DNA of 63,632 nucleotides from Atractiella rhizophila (Eukaryota): NCBI GenBank assembly GCA_021432655.1, contig MU271448.1, positions 1 to 63,632 of the forward strand, read 5' to 3'. Shown piece by piece: positions 61,737 to 63,632 of this stretch (position 1 is its first letter; each line of letters starts with the position of its first letter). The notes under the pieces were generated by a model. It saw only the letters and a program-made list of their open reading frames with translations, ran no database searches and was not told where the DNA came from. The position numbers and the translations under genes were made by a program.

Positions 61737-63041
61737 ATGGATTCAGAATTAGTAGATCCTTGCAAAATCCCTCTGCCATCTACACCTTTGAGCGATGGCT
61801 CAAGTTTCTATCCTTCAGTATCAGGAAGCATGACGGCCACGCCCCTAGGCCCTCTTGATCCACCTAGCTACTCTATTGCGGAGGACTTCAGCAGCTCGGA
61901 GAGTCCAGATACAGACTACGTGATTGGCCGCACGTCCCCTGTGGACATGACGAGATATTCCCCCAGCATTGACGAGGGAGAAGAAGACGGCGACGAATCA
62001 TGGAGGGAAGAAATGGGCAGGAGGTCGAGGATAGCTGCGCGCAACACCAGCCAAAAGAGTGTACAATGGAAAGTGACGGTGATTCTGGGGTTGTTTCTCT
62101 CGTTGCTTCTTCCAGCTTTCTTCCCTTCCAACTCTTCCAGCTTCAGCACGCATCAGAATATCGGGCTCTCCACGATTCTCGATCAAGTGGACTCAACCCA
62201 CCTTATCCTTGAAACCGTCCTCGATATCTCGTCTCCCTCATCAGATGCAGTGGAAGTGGTCAAGGCGTCTGATATATACCTCCTTAGCACTACCCTTCGA
62301 CTTTCTCCCAAACACGATGATAAACTCGCTTCCAAGTTTGATGACTACGGCGACTCCGTCCGTACCTTACAGGTTGGAATAATGGAGATCAGGGCTGGTG
62401 CCTTGCAAGCAGTGAAAGACATTCGACGAGGGGTATATGATTCCTTGTTCATCATGGCGAGGACGACCTGACATGCCAAGAGGTTTAGCTAGAGAGCAGT
62501 AATTGGAAATACACAATGAGAAAACTAGTTTCGCATGTACCTCGACTCGAGCGCCGGTTGGAAGATCTGATAAAGACGAGTGAGTTAGCCGCAAAGGCAG
62601 GTTTCGAGGCGTTGGTTGGGTTAAGTGACTCGAAGTTGATGGATTCACAAGTCCAGCAAGACTGGAAGGGTGAAAGAATAGCGTAAGTCTAGCCCCCATC
62701 AGTTGGTACGGTATAGTTGACAATGCTGTGGTGGCAGGCGGGCGGTTGAAAGAGCTAGACTAGCCTACGACGGCGTTAGGATGACCAGGATGCGTTTGAT
62801 ACAAGCGAAAGAAGTAGGAATCAGGACGAGGGAAGCGTTGAGCGTTCTCTTGGTATGCTCTGCTACGCCGTCAGGAAAAGACTGAACTGAACAATAGAAG
62901 CTTTCCAACGGTTTCGAAGGGCAATGGGTGGAAGAAATGCGAGATGCTGAGAAGGAGAGGTTTGAGGATTTAGTCACGAGATTGAGTCGCACAGAGAGAC
63001 TGGTAATAACTGGGACCAACAATGTACATGACGGGGATTAA
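61737..63041 (+). CDS. Uncharacterised membrane-anchored helical protein, 4 exons, divergent paralog of 59805-61442
   Basis: S/P-rich N-terminus and a TM (VTVILGLFLSLLLPAFF). Introns with GTATAT, GTAAGT and GTATGC donors give an open frame ending NNVHDGD* at 63041. Confidence 0.7.
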
Positions 63042-63632
63042 CGTATATAACCTGTAAGCAAGTAAATTAGCATCGAGTTCACTTGTAGAAACGGTCTCCT
63101 CACAGCTTGAAGTGCTTTGCGGTGCAGTGACTTCTTTCTAGTAAAGCAAGGAAGGGTTGAATGGGAAGAGTGGGCATACCCAGCTACTGTGTTACAGAAT
63201 ACTCCTGCGACATGACGTGGATGTGACGGTTACTGGCACTGAATCGAGTCCGGGGAGTCCGGAAAGAAGAGAAAACAAAACTTGGGGGAGGCATATGGGT
63301 TATCCTGGCGTCATTTGTTACACGGCCAGGTTAGGAGCGCACATTGCAGGCGACGAAATACTTGAAAATAAGAGTCTGATAATCTCTAAATGGAATAAGG
63401 ATACAGTTATTTGATCCATCTCTATCCATTGGGTTTCCAACGTCGAGAGTCTAATTTTCTCCTTTCAATTTCCTCCACGCGCATTCCGTAATCCCTCCTT
63501 TATGCTTGCGCGACGCCGGCTTCGACAGCAAGGGAATAGAATATTGAGTCCTTTCACACCACAGAATAAAGTCAGCATCTGCACTCATGGATCAAGGTCG
63601 GGGCATACCTTTTTCTGCAAAAGATTTGCTGG

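Noticed and set aside
63400..63632. Possible 3' end of a minus-strand gene (GTATGC...GCTGAC...AG intron-like signal)
   Set aside because: Truncated by the window edge; frame and product cannot be established.

Overview
Intron-rich eukaryotic genomic DNA with ~45-60 nt GT-AG introns and CTRAC/CTAAY branch sites. Gene content and intron style point to a basidiomycete fungus (inference; species not determined). Conserved genes: PHS1, YKT6, ATG26/UGT51, a SUR7/PalI protein, ECD/SGT1 and BLM10/PA200. Interleaved lineage-variable genes: a DM9-repeat protein, two glycosyltransferases (O-FucT-like and GT49-like), a MYND protein, three F-box-like genes, a FunK1-type kinase with two apparent frameshifts, an adjacent relic of that kinase lacking the catalytic core, a secreted five-repeat BAS2-like Cys-rich protein, an orphan with an acidic segment and beta-rich C-terminus, a KpsF/GutQ-like SIS protein, and a tandem pair of membrane/helical paralogs. 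No rRNA, tRNA, CRISPR array or intact transposon was recognised. The best leads are the BAS2-like exon-duplication array (one GC-AG intron) with its convergent orphan neighbour, an apparently unnamed C-terminal motif set shared by two F-box genes, and the kinase/core-deleted relic pair. Exon boundaries were assigned by eye and no database searches were run.
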